DNA of 64,000 nucleotides, from positions 52,452,001 through 52,516,000 of the forward strand of contig CM060731.1 in the NCBI GenBank assembly GCA_030704615.1. Direction: 5' to 3'. Under the pieces are notes generated by a model. The model saw nothing but the letters and a program-made list of their open reading frames with translations. It was not told the origin of the DNA and searched no databases. The DNA comes from Takakia lepidozioides. Lineage: Eukaryota; Plantae; Bryophyta. The position numbers and the translations under genes were made by a program. Positions 35,489 through 49,000 of the stretch are shown piece by piece. Positions within the stretch are counted from its first letter, which is position 1. The number at the start of each line of letters is the position of its first letter.

Positions 35489-37469
35489 CACCTTCTCGAT
35501 TCTTAATCAATTTGCACCATCATAATCTCTGAAAGAAGCAGAGATAAAGCGTGTGGCAGAGGAGGCAGCTATAAATATTTGAGTCATGTTTTGAGCCTTA
35601 AGCTAGAGTTTAACGACAGCTGATAGATTTAAGAGAGACAATATGTGTGGCAGAAACGGCAGACATCAAAATGCGAGTCTACTAGTAGTGTTTGAATCTC
35701 ATTGCCGACGCACTATTTATGGGGTGCAACAATGCTCAAAGACTAATTCTGAAGGAAGGCCTTCGCATAACGAGCAGCAAACGAGGTACAGCCTGTCAAA
35801 GAAAAGCACAAGCACCCACCTGAGGAGAAGTGACGAAGGTAGAGAAACAGCAATGGCTGCAGGTAGCGGTGAATTGAAGTAAACAAACGTGTTAGCACGC
35901 ACTGCGATGGTGGCTTCGTCGTTCTCAAAATTTCGCCCGCTTTCTTTGAAATCCGCAAAAATCGCAGAATCCGAAGCGATTTTGGGTTGTGATAAAGTAA
36001 CCAATCACACCCACAGTGATCATCCCCTTGCACGTACACTCAAAAGACGGCGCTGCACCATCAATGTCACCTGCTGCCCCATCCCATCACCATCGCCATC
36101 GCCACTCTGTCTCTAAATTTTCTTGCACGGCCACAAGCACCCATTATGTTCAGAATATGATCTACAACCGTACAACTGCATTAAGTATATTTAGGTCGTC
36201 TAATATGGCTGGTAGCTCCAAAGACTGAGGATCCATCTCCCCCAACACTCTCAACGATTTGACAAAGAAAATCTTGATGACGATAAGCCTCCGAGTCCAC
36301 CACAAGAGAAAGCTTGAAACAACCTCCCTCGAAGCTCAACTGTGCTTAGACTTGTCTTCGGCAGGAACAATCTCTCAGAAGGTCAATCTCTCAGAAGGTT
36401 ACACGATTATCCGTCTCCCTGAAGGTTAGAGAAACATCCCTAAGCCATACGTGGAACAACCTTCCTGGAGGTTAACTTCGTCTAATATGACAGTCTGTTG
36501 AGGAAAAACACATTGAACTCTCAAGACATCTGACGTCTCCTCTAAGCATCCTACGATATCTCTGCATACTTACACAACACCAACAGCATACTCTAAGCAC
36601 GTATGCATGATGGGACCTTGCAACATTGTTAAGGCATTGTCACTCAAATAGAGTCTGACATTGGAAAAAATCTCGGGACAAAGAAAGCTTGTCACGAGGT
36701 TTTCCTTCATCTTTCCACATAAGTTACAAGGCATTCAAATGCTACAATCTGAGTAGATACTGGTTCATACTACATAACTGTCAACTTGCCTACAGGCCAC
36801 CTAGGAACTGATTCTGAGGCCACTCATGCTTGGAATGAGTAACCGGTGGAGTGGCTGGAGCATTTGTCAGACATGTTCCTGCGATTCCTCATATACCTAT
36901 CGAGCTTCTGTAATTTCTGTGATCGCTCTTAAAGACAAGATGTGCATATTTATCTATATCGTCGAAGGTCAGTGAACCACATCTGGAGTCCTTGTCCTTC
37001 GATATATTTCCAAATCAGTTCTCGTTAGGCTGAAGAACAGGCTGATTTTGCTGGCAGTCACGTTGTAGAAATGTTGACTATTGGAGAAGATGAGAGGCCA
37101 ATTTATAATTCTTTAGACCAGCTTCCAGAATGTGACATTATTCATTGTGTTGAACTGTGACAGCCACTGCTCACAGTGGTTCAATCATTCGAGGCCATTT
37201 CCCACACAAGCAAAGAAGTCACTACAACAGTGGACTGGACTCACCTTTCTGCAGAAATTAGCAGACCTTGTTAGGAGTGAGGGTGCCTCCAAATTTTCAA
37301 GGAGTTCGTACATATAGGACTACATACTTTTTAAGATCAGCCTCTAGTGACTCCGAGAGATGACCATGACTCTGTCAGCATTTTGTAACTTTAGTTTTTC
37401 TGATCTAGCCAGTAAGGAGAGTAAGGTCCTCGGAGCACAGGAGACCTCTCGTCCCCTAGCTTGAAGGAT

Positions 37470-37770
37470 GGATGGCATGGCTGTGTCCCCATGCAACCCG
37501 GGCATCAAAACCTGCATCGTCCCATCCGAGAGCCCAGAATATGGAAAGCGTGGCTGTGTTGGCATCAAAACCTGCCATCATCCCATCCGAAGCATGGCTG
37601 TGTTGGCATAAAAACCTTCCATCATCCCATCCGAGAGCCCAGAATATGGAAAGCATGGCTGTGTTCCCCTGTAACCGGGGCATCCCCTGACCTAACAGTC
37701 CGATTGTGTCCAACAGCCTCTTATTCAGACAAAATGGCATTGGACATCAAAGCCTGCCATCTCCATCCTC
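37470..37770. repeat. Degenerate tandem repeat (3-4 modules)
   Basis: Recurrent catggctgtgtt(ggcatcaaaacctgccatc) and cccatccgagagcccagaatatggaaagc blocks. Confidence 0.75.
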
Positions 37771-38778
37771 AGTGACTTCTTGGAGATGCAGGTCTGACCA
37801 CCACCTGCCTTCTGCAAGGGATGGGGAGGAACAACGAGGCTTGGAGCCTGGTGTTTGCGACCACACCTCATTATGACTGCAAGTAGCAGCAGTCTGCGCT
37901 GAGCGGCTTCCTTGATGATGCACGAGTGGGCTTTGCTTTTGCAATGTACACTTGTAATGTGTTCAGTCCCTACCTCGTTTGCAAATACTGTTCACCAAAA
38001 TCCACACAAATGTAAACATAGCAACCATGTGCAATGCCAACTACAGCTAGTCTTGTATAGATCACGCAAGCCATCAAAGTTGGGAAATGATTTGCACCAA
38101 TTCATAACAAGATGCTCACCATGTGTTCCAGCTAGGCTTAGATCGCTCTTTAAGGTTACACCTTTTGATCTCAAGACTGCACAGATATCAAAAGTGTCTC
38201 TTGTCCATCTATAGTCTGATTTTTAGTTAGAAGGTGCGTACCTCGAGCACTGGGATTCTATCTAGTTTTCCACCCGTGGCATGTGCTATCTCTTGATTTC
38301 GAGGTTTGCAATTAAAATATCAGGGGTATCACAAATGGCCAACTACAGAGCTAAACTGCCGATATTTGAGAGAGAGGAGATTCGTTGTATTACAGGCATC
38401 AAAAGAGAGACTGGAAGTTGTACCGTCCCAGTAGCATAAAAGATCTCGATACTCTTCGACGTCCTTGGCCTGAAGTCATTATTAGAACAACACATTTGAA
38501 GCTTTAAGGATGTTTAACTTGGCTGCACAAACCATACCAACATAGAAAAAAAATCAAATTGCATCAGAAGGCTTAAAATGCAGAAAAAGAGGGGGGAGGT
38601 GCATCAGGGGAACATCTACATTATACTGGACAGATGTTGCAAGAGGGAGAGCAGCAAGGATTCCAAACTTTACCAGTGAGAAGACGCAGAGCGTTATGGG
38701 AGACAGACAACAGACACTCCATTGAACTCGCAATCCAGTAGCTCAGCCCAGCAAAGCTTCAGATAGAACAAGATTCTC

Positions 38779-41500
38779 TCATGGTCGTGGGATGGCAGTG
38801 TCGTTGACAAGCCTGGGACGCCCAGTTTGGGAGTTCATCTCCACACGGAGGCCCATGCGCGTCAGTTCAGGAATATCAACAGCTGCTCTCATCTCTAAGT
38901 CAACCAATTCTTGCTGGTTTCTTTTATTATCCTCTAGCAAATTTCGAATAGCCCATAAGCCCCACTCTCGTAGAAAGGGGTTATGCCTGTCAACCATGCA
39001 CTGCTGTAGAACTAATAAAAGGTCCCCTCTCTCCCGAATTTCTTCTTGGATGGAGAACCTCCTATGGCTTGCATTTGCAATCACTGCCACTATATCCCGG
39101 CGGTACCCTTTGTAGGGATCTGTTATGGGAAAACCTTCTGCCCGCTGGATATTGCCATCTGTTTGCTCAAGTATGCCATTGGCACCTGATTCAGCGGAGG
39201 TATCCTGGCTAGAAATGGGCATCTGGTGCTTGCTTGTGTTGTGATGTTCTGCAGTTGCTGTGCTGCACTGAGGACCTTCAATGTTGCTTCCATTGCCTCG
39301 AGAATCTCTTTCCATATTGTTTACATTGCCCGAATCCGTAATCATCAGTTTTGTGCTAGCTGACCTTTCCTGTCCAATGTCGTGCTCTGAAGGCATCCTC
39401 TTCACACTTTCGGGTGGTCCAAGGGCACGCAACATATCTAATAAGACCAGAATCAGGCCATTTGCCGCAAGCTCTGTAGCCATGGAGGACCTCTTCACAC
39501 TATCTTCCCTCGTTGAAATTGACACCTCTGTCTTGTCAACAATCTCATCCCAGCCATCCATCATCTCCTTTTCGGAGACCCCTGTGTCATCCCAGGCACA
39601 AAATATCCTTGCAATTGAAAGAGAAAGCTGCAAAACATTCAGCACGGGTGAGGTGGTTGGAAAAGTTGGCACGATAAGGCTGTTGGAGTGAGCACATTGG
39701 GCGGCGTGACCAATAATATTCACAAGAAAACCAACAGACTCTTCCGGCATGAGCCTCCAGTGATCACTTGTTTGGAGCTTAAGGCTAACCGCTTCCTCTT
39801 GCTCACTCAAATGTGTAAGCAAAATCTCAAGCAGTAATGCCTGTTCTTTTGTGAATACGGTTGTCCCCATTGGTTGTCCCTTGTAAAGTTCATGTTTCAG
39901 GGGACAAACGCCGAGGCTTGTAAACAGACGTGGAAAGTGGGGCTCCTTCAGACACATACAAGCAACTAAGAGCTCCAACCATCCATTCCTTGCAGATTTG
40001 GAGCCAAGTGAACCATCTGCAAATGTCAAAGCAACACATAAGTTAAAGGTCAGCCCTAGATCTATGTTGAAGAAGAAACTAAACAGCTCACGAATGCAGA
40101 GCATTTTCAAAATGTTGTCTAGACAGGGAGCTTAAGTCAATAGGTCATACATCTGCAAGGGTCACATGACGCAAGACATGCACCTACAAAAACCACAATG
40201 ATTGAATGAATCTGATGAATTGAGATTGCAACAGCCCACAAGATGGCAGTATTCATACATGTTGCACAGTTTGGTGCACCCATCATTGCATCATGTGAAC
40301 TTTGCAGATGGGGAGCTGATAAATGGGATCTTCAATGGCAACATTCACCTACTGAAATTTGGCTGATGGAGCAGAAGGGATTATATCAGACTAAAGGTGC
40401 CAAGAACCCCAAAATGTCTGTGTGGTGCAAGTGAATGAACTATAAGCCACACAGAAAGCAACAAACTTCACAAAGTCCACCAAAAGCCCAGAGACTTGGT
40501 GGGGCAAGTATGAGGACAATACAAAGAAATGGCACTAGAAAACCAGGCCTAGTAAAGTGCCAAGAAGCACTAACCCTTTTGTGTTCGCACCCATTAGAGA
40601 GAGAGAAGCCTCACCTGAATTCAACAGAGATGCAACAAGAGAAGAGCCGTCAGCCTGCGAGAGCTGTGCGCACCGCTCCTTGCTGCCTTTAGAACACGTA
40701 TGGATTACCATGCAAACGGGTCCCTGTATTTTTTCACTTGGGCAAGCTGCCAACGCACCAAAAAGGGTAGGGAAAAACTTCTCCCAAATCGCTGCTTGAC
40801 TAGCTTCCCCACGCCCTGCAACGTTTCCCAACAGTTGTAGCAGCATCTGCAAAGCCTCGATTAGGTCAGGCAGAAGGATTCTCCTCGACCTTTCTTTTGA
40901 AGCTAGTGGAAAAGAGGGGAAGGAACAGGAAAAGTTTTGTGGAGAAAGTGACATAGAGATGTCCTGGTTCCAATTGGGCACATCAGAAATGGACTTTCCC
41001 TCCAACTCATCCGAACACCCCTGTGAATTGGAAATGTCCAGGGCTAACCTTTGAGCTATAGGAACCAAAATATTCAACCCCTTCAATTGCAGAAAGGCAT
41101 CCTGGTTTACTGGATCCCCTGCACAAAGATTTCGGAGAAGTTTTATGAATAGAATGAAAGGGCGAAACTCATCTGAAGAGGGAGGGAGGGAGGCAGAAGA
41201 AGGCTGCATAAATTGTTCAGCATCATTATCAAATGAAACAGGGGGGGCGGGAGAAAAGATCGATTGACACGGAGCCAACGGCGAGAGGATTCCATACAAA
41301 CGACTGAGAAAGAAAGGAGTGAGAGGCAGAAGGAAAGACACGGCCTTCAGTAAAGCAAGCTCATGACGGCCGTCATCAGATCGTGCGTGGTCTATGAGAG
41401 AGAGAAGGTGTTTCCCCAGGGATGCATCGCTGCCTGCCTCGCCTTTCGCAAACGACAGAACAAGAGTTGAAAGAGGCCACAATACCTCCTCCTCCCTCAT
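38779..41500 (-). CDS. ATXN10: Ataxin-10 homologue (ARM-repeat), 2 exons
   Basis: KLLRNLCAGDPVNQDAF, LQLLGNV and the C-terminal GYRRDIVAVIAN...QQCMVDRHNPFLREWGLWAIRNLLEDN..NQ. Exons are ~41500-40616 and ~40017-38779. Confidence 0.93.
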
Positions 41501-42714
41501 CTCTCTTCCTTTAATCAACCCACAATCTTCTTAGACTCTACCCGCACCCTCCCACACACACTGCAATCGTACTTCAAAGGCAGTGGATGCGTACAATACA
41601 CCTCATAGCTGCACACACGTTTTTTCCTTATCAGGCTTTGGAAGATTTGCCAGCCCCGGCGACCAGGTGGTGTCTCCACTCGTCTCCACTTTCCCAGCGA
41701 TCAGCTTCACAATACTGGAGAGAAATCTCCATGCAATCCTGCTCCTGCTTGGAAAATGCAGAGGATAGTACAAAGGAATGCACAGCCGGAAGAAAATGAA
41801 AGGAACATGGTTTTTTGTTATTGGGAACGTGAGGTGTCTCGCACGCTCAAAAGTGGCGGGAATTTCAGATAGTGATGGTAGGTTTCTGCCCTTCCCTGAA
41901 GACTGGGATGTTCAAAATCCCAAGGCCAAGGTGGGTTCGAAGCTGTTGCATATCCGGAACAGATATACGGGAGTGGGTTTCCGAGAGTGAGAGAAATTGA
42001 TAGGAGGAAGATGAAGGTAGGTGCCGTTGTGGAGGTGTCAGATGATGACGATGGTGACTTCGAGCCTCCCTCTCAGGTCTCGCCTTGTTGACTCCATATA
42101 TATTGGTTTTTGGACCTGGAATGTTACTCGTGTTGCATTTGTTGAGTACTGCTGAGGTTGTGTTTGAAGAATGTTTCTCCAAGTTCCGCCAAGTGTGTGG
42201 TAGGCAAGAATGTAGACTGAATTTGTACCTGCTTGATCCGTTTTCGTGGACTACTTGGAATGTCTGAATGCCCACATAGGACACTTATGTTCTTTGCTAC
42301 CGCAAGAGTTCTAAGGACTCCTTCGAGCCTCTAACCATCACCGGGGTGAAGAATCCACCTTCATTTATCGCGCTAATCGGAACCTGGGTTGGACTTTTAG
42401 TCTGATATGGCTGCAACAAAACATCACTAACCGTATCAAAGCAGTGTCGCCCATACTTCAGGGGTAAGAGATGCTGGAACTGGTTGCAGATCAAGTCTCA
42501 ATGAGTATTTCAGAAAGAATCCGAGAACTGTAAGCAGGCACGAGGGCTCACCCATATACCCAGACAACAAGGCATTCTCTTGCACAATAAGAAACATAGC
42601 TTCTAGGGTGTTTGCAATCGAAGTCCCAGTACAGATTTTGCCAAAAATGTGTCCCATACATGCAGTGCCTACTGTTCCATATATGCTCTGCCATCTCGGA
42701 ATAGGCAGTAGTAT

Positions 42715-42830
42715 CTCCCGTGGAAGGCCTCTGTGAGAGATTGACTATCTCGAAATAGACAATAATATCTCCCACGGATCTCTCAGTAAAAAGGACAGTG
42801 AAAGAAGAAATGCTCTTCACTTCTGATTTC
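42715..42830 (-). mobile_element. LINE 3' ORF fragment, same family as 49985-51345
   Basis: The minus strand reads EEHFFFHCPFY*EIRGRYYCLFRDSQSLTEAFH. Confidence 0.7.
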
Positions 42831-43008
42831 CCTCTGTGAGAGAGAGAAAAAAAGAGAATTTTTTATAACATGGGCAGAGAACATGTTATACATTTTATAA
42901 CATGGGTAAGAGAAGGAGAAGTGACATGAAATGGTACTTCTGGGGGAGGGAGGGTTCATATTGACTTGACTTGTTCATTTATTTGAAGTATCTTGTGTGA
43001 AGGCAAAT

Positions 43009-46000
43009 ATGTCTAGAAAGCGAAAGGCAGCTGGTGTGAAACAGCTCAAGAAATTGGGGAGCACAAAAGGAGGGGTTCACATGCCAGGCAAGAGGTCGCG
43101 TTTCTTCTGCTCCCCTGATGAGTGCCAAGTAATAGCTTCGCAGGATCCTATCTGCCAACGTGTTCCGGTCCTCTCCATGTATGGGTCAACTTCACAAAAA
43201 ACAGTTCCGGATATGTTCAAGTCTCAACGAGACAAGAAGAGAAGGCCACATGGTTCTGGAGCCGTCATGCAGGTAGAGCCTTCCAGCAGTGTTGAGAATG
43301 ATTGTAGCAGCCATGCCCAAGTTCTTATGGAGAAAGAATTTGGGAGGGATGCTGATTTGGGAGTGCGGCCAGTGAGGGAGTTCAGTTTCTTATCTTCAAA
43401 GAGGTCATGTACGAATGCAACCAGAGAAAGGGTGGTGTATGCATCAAAGGATGTGGAAACTCATAGTGAGGCAGCCACGGGTCAATGTAGTAACAGAGGG
43501 ACAGAGAGCAAGCCGGGCAAGAGACCTGGATGTGGAGACGTGCAGACTTCAATGAGATCACAACAGAGGATAAGAGACATGCTTAGAACACAGCCTGATT
43601 GCTCTGAAATGCTACAGTCCTCCCAAACAAATTATGCTCATCATGTGCTGCAAAGACCAAGCAATAATGATGAAGGTCTTCTTACCAGAAGGGAGGCTGC
43701 GGGTTTGGCGTTAGAGGAGGGTTTTGTTTCAGAGGATGTTTCTTTCACCTCAGACAGAAGGATCAATGGCTGCACTAGTGGAAATTTTGAGGGAAGCAGC
43801 CTGGCAAGGCACTCAGGTTGCCTCTCATCTCTGGAGAGAGATGGTGCTTGGATTGGGAGAAATGATGATACCACAATTGGACAGGATGAGGTGGCTTTAG
43901 TGGATTGCAGTTTGCCTTTCAGGAGCGAGTTGGCTCAGACACACAACAGTGGAAATGCTGCAGAGAACAGTACCACTAGAAGCATTCTCAGCCTTTCTTA
44001 CAGCAATGGTGGCCAACAAGGAGCAATGAAGTTCTTACAGCCAAAATCCTTGAAGACAAATGTTAGTAGCTACAACAACAATTCCAATCTGCAAGATTGG
44101 CAGAGTCTCAAGAGGGAAAGGCTACAAAGAGTGAACTATGGCCACCATGATGGGGAGCTGCTGAGGAAAGAGAGGGCAGGACGGGTGGATACTAGTCTCT
44201 TGGCTACTGAGAATCTAAAGAGGGAAAGTTATGATACAAATGGAGCTGGTTCTGATGGGGAGCCTAGTACAAAAAAGGACAGCAACCAGGAATCTAATGC
44301 CGATTTCATGCGTGGAGTAACTGTCTTGAGAAAGATTGGGCAGGGTGTTGAATTTGATCGCAATGGTGAGGGATGCTTGATTGCAGAGACAGGAGTCACT
44401 TGCAGGAACAAAGGGACGCCAAAGAGGGAAGATAGTGAATTTATCAGTGCTGGTGAAGTTCTGAAGAGAGAGAAACTCAAAGGTGTCTCCTTTGGGGGTG
44501 AAAGTTTGAAAAGAGAGAAAAAAGAAAGCGAAAGAACTTTTTCAGTGGGCAATGAGAGGCTGGAGAGAGTCTTTGGTAACCAGTGTTGTTCAGGTTGTAA
44601 GGAGGAGGAAATCTTAGAAAAGGAGACCATAGGCAAACGCACTGCTGGTTCCAAGAGTGGTCAGAATGCCTCTTTAGACCTTGACAGGTGGCCTACATGG
44701 TCAGAGGAATTTTCACACTTCACAAGGTCGAAACATGACAAAAGATCCAACACTGGCCCCAATGCGAAGGCTGCACTTGAGGCCCTCAAATCTGCTGCCT
44801 CAAGGGGACAAATTCTCCACATTGAATGCATGCCGGCCAGGTATAGTATGCAAATGGTAGATCTAGTGAAGCCGATTTTCTTTTGACCCAGGCCATATTC
44901 GTATTCAGATATTCGGTCTAATCTGCATCAGTTCCATTAGCACATGGATATATTTACAAGGTTTTGGCTATTTCACAGCTGTTCTGATAGTCTTGCAGCC
45001 ATAACTGGAACATAAACTTGTGAGCCAGGGGTGGTCAAAGTTAATAGTGGGGTGGTAAGCACGGCCAAAGGAATAGTAATCAAGCTAGAATCCTTCGAAA
45101 GTCTCAGGGATATAGCTTGAGTACCTTAGTTCTTGATGGCCATAGTCCTATGTCATGTTGGTTTCAGGTGTCTTTGCTGGGCTGGTGCCCTTGTTGGGGT
45201 CTCCATTCCTTGATATTTGTCCTTTGTGCGGTATGGGTGAAATGCTGTTGGGCCTAGACAAGCCAAGTATGCGGAGTGTGACTACAAGCTACCAGCGAAG
45301 CTCCAGAAAGTTCTTGGCAAGAGGTAACTGCTGATGCATCCCTTTTGCTTCATAAGCATGTTTCTGAAGTGCAGATTGGCTCATCCCCCAGATATCTGTG
45401 TAATCTGTGTGTTTGATCACTTCGGGCTTCAAGACTGGTATATTGCTTTGCTTAATTTTCCGGTCATCCCGGTTATTGCAGGGGTATAAATCAACTCTAT
45501 GCCCACCAGGCTGAAGCTCTCAACATGGTTTTCAATGGTTCCAGTATAGTAGCAGCGACCCCCACAGCCTCTGGGAAAAGCATGACCTACACAATCCCGG
45601 TAATGTGAGCATTCCTCTACTTCAACAAAAAGTTGTCGATGCAATTCTGACCTTTTTTAATATCTCAAAAGAATTTGTTCCTATAGCTCAACAGGCGGTG
45701 GCATTTCTTACCACCAAGTGCTTTTATTGCTTAGGTTTTGGCATCTGTAATGGGAGGAAAAGATTAGACGGAGTTTACATCTGCTGACTGTCCCACCGGG
45801 TGTGACAGATTCTTGAGGAATGCACCCCATCCTAACCCTCCTGGAGCTCATTGTGAGGTTGCTTACCATTGTATAAGTTAGAAACAGAAATTCCAGCTGT
45901 GCTTTAACTTTCCCAATCATTGGGGAGGCAGGGATAATAAGGCCAAGGCAGTTTTTGTCATGGTTGGCAGGTATTGGATGCTTTAATGAAGGTGCCAAAA

Positions 46001-49000
46001 TCCAGGGCCATCTTCATCTTTCCTCTGAAGGTGATGAGTTAGTTGCCACCTGGTTTTCTCTTTGAAGTTATTCTCCACTTTCTGTACCGCTCCAGCAGCA
46101 ACAAACTTGGAAGCATTGTTGGAGGTGGTACGGGATTGCAGGCTTTACTTGATTTCCGCAATCTCTCTTTGGTTGCCACTCACATGGACAGACTTTGCCT
46201 CACCACCTCTGATCTCAACACATTTGGCAAAAAAAGGAACAAAAGGAAAGGTGTAACATCCACAGAGCTAAAAAATAGCCCAAAAGAAACTACTGCTCAA
46301 GGGATTGTCTAAGGGTCGAGGCCTCGTGCAGGTAAGCTGCCAAGCATTTCTGATCCTCATAGTGGAAGACTTCAGTGAGAGATTGAGTTCCACGGAATAG
46401 ACAGTGGAATCTCCACTTATCTCATAATATAGAGGGCAATAAAAAGAGGAAGTGTTCTTCAATTTCAATTTCCTGGTTGCGCCCGGTGCAAGCTGGGCAT
46501 GTGGTTGTCCCCTTGCAGGTTTTCCCATCTACGGAGAGACAAACAGAGAGAAAATGGAAGAATGTTCTTTTAATGTCCACGGGCAGCGTGGTTCCAGTTC
46601 ACCTGGTGTTCAAAACCTGACAAGTGTAAGTGTTTTCCATACTGGTGTGCAGGCCCTGGCTCGCGATCAATTGAAAGCGATATGTGAGTTTGATCTCCCT
46701 TGTATTTCCTTATGATCGGCTTACATTTGGAGTTGTTGGGGATGCCAGTATATTCTCATGATTTGAAAAAGAGAGAGGTGGGGGTAATATGGAAGGGAAA
46801 GGGACTGGAGGGGGAGATTCAAATTAAGGATGCAAGCAATTTTTTATATCAACTACATGACAGTGGGAGGAGCGAGAAATGAAGAAAAAGATAGGAGCTT
46901 ACTGGAGTAAAAAATCCAGGATTAGTGGCCTAGTGTGAGAGACACAGAGAAACAAGAAGGGAATTAAAGAAAGTTATTACAACCACTTCAAGCATGATGG
47001 GAGTACGGCCCAAATGAGAGACAGGTTTTCACCCCTCCAGGGCATGATCTCAGGGTGGTGTTCTCGCTATGGAGTTGGTTGTGGTTTTCACGTGCCAGCT
47101 ACGGGATTGAGACAAAACAGCCACAGCAAGATAGATGGGAACACTGAGACTAAGGTTATTCTGTCAGGAACCGTATGAAAAGGAGTTGGTCCTGAAGTAG
47201 CATATACATTTTTCAACTGAAAGTCCTCACTGGCAGGCAGGACTTGGCTGCAAACACCCTAAAAATTTTCATCTGAAACTATTCCATGTTTTCTATGTGG
47301 GACAGCTGAAATGATCAGCCAAGTCAAGAGTGGTGCTCATTGCTACTGGTACAACATTTGCACTTTGCTCTGCACTTTCTCTTTGGGCTTCCGTGGATGT
47401 GTTAAGGTTGTTTTCTGTCTTCTTTCATACTTTCTTTTGACAAGTCCAGTTCTTAAGCAGTACCGAGCATCTGGGCCTAGCTTTGGGATGATTGAAATGT
47501 CTCTGAAATCAAATTGAAGGGGAAACTAACAACTATCACTAGATTTGGGTGTTAAGTAACTAACCTTTACCACAAATAACATGATGGATACTCACCAGCT
47601 GTACTAGGTGCTGGGACTTCATAGAGAAGTGGTGTAGAAATTGGTCACATTATTAACTTTCATCAGTGCTTAGACTAAGTAGTCCCGATTGAGTTAACCC
47701 TGTCTAAGTCACAGCATTGCCCAATGTCAGCCTTGCAATTAAAGTGACCAAAAGTGGTGTTGGCAGCTATGATGGGGATACAGATCAAGACAAGAAGAAG
47801 CAAATCCGGAGGACAGGCAAGGTGTGCACATGATCTTACATGCATCAAGAACCTACAGATTTTTTCTGTCAATTTTTGTGAGGCCCTTGGTATCCAAGTC
47901 AAGAGTCTGGGTTGGTTTTGTTGAAGCAAGAGCTTTTTTTTAATGCAATACTTGCTGAGGTTGTGCCTACTGAACTTGTTGCATGCAGGTCATATTTACC
48001 AACCCAGATATGCTGCACTTCAGCATCCTTCCATACCACAAGGTCTGAATCCATGTGCCACTTTCTTTGAAATGTTCAAGAGCTGAGTCTCTCTGTGTTG
48101 CTGGCCTGAACTTACACCAGGTTGCAACTTACAAACTCGATCTAAAAGAACTTCATGTATCTCCCCTTGCTGTACTGAACTTACGATCTGGAGGGCTTAC
48201 ATCACCCCAAAGAAATTGTTGTGGGTTGTGACATGCACAGCTATGGGAGAATTTCTTTGCCAACCTGAAGTTTGTGGTGCTTGATGAGGCTCATACTTAC
48301 CGTGGTGTGTTTGGGAGCCATGTTGTAAGCTATCTTCTACAGACATTTACTATGCTGTCTTTTCCTTGCCATGACGAGTATATCGCCTTCTCCTTACTAG
48401 GTAAACATGGTACATGTATTTTTGTATGTCTGTATTCTTTAAGCTATCTTCAGTTGGTTGGTTCACATAAAGGCCTTCTCTAGATTTCATCATCCTTGGT
48501 TGTAATTATTGTGGAGTGGCTTGAATGTTATGCCAGGGTTGCATTTTGCGCCGACTGCTGCGAATTGCCCGTCATTATGGATCAGAGCCCATGTTCATAT
48601 GCTGTTCAGCAACCATCGGTAATCCAAAGGTGGGTGTCCAACAGTTTAATACAATGTAGGACTGTGTTTGTGGGGAAATGAGAAGGAAACAAGAAGAAAG
48701 ATATGTGTTACGTCTGTACAAGGCCCAAAGGACACAAGTTTGAAAGAGAGACAAAGCTAAGGGGTTATCTCAACACAACCACCTAAGGTCAAACTGCTGG
48801 AGTTCTGAAGTTGTAGTTCAGGTGAACGAAGATATTGTAGGGGAAGAATGAGATGTTTAGTGTGCTCAATGACGTTCTGATCCTACTCCACAAGCCAGTT
48901 CTGATAGGTAAGGTAGACTGCACTCATTTGCCTGTGATTGAGCGCTAAAAGAGGTGTTCTGAGAAGACATATAGATAAGGGTTATGCAGGTCCTTGTGAG

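Noticed and set aside
36200-37450. Possible decayed coding sequence
   Set aside because: Many stops and no motif that I can assign with confidence.
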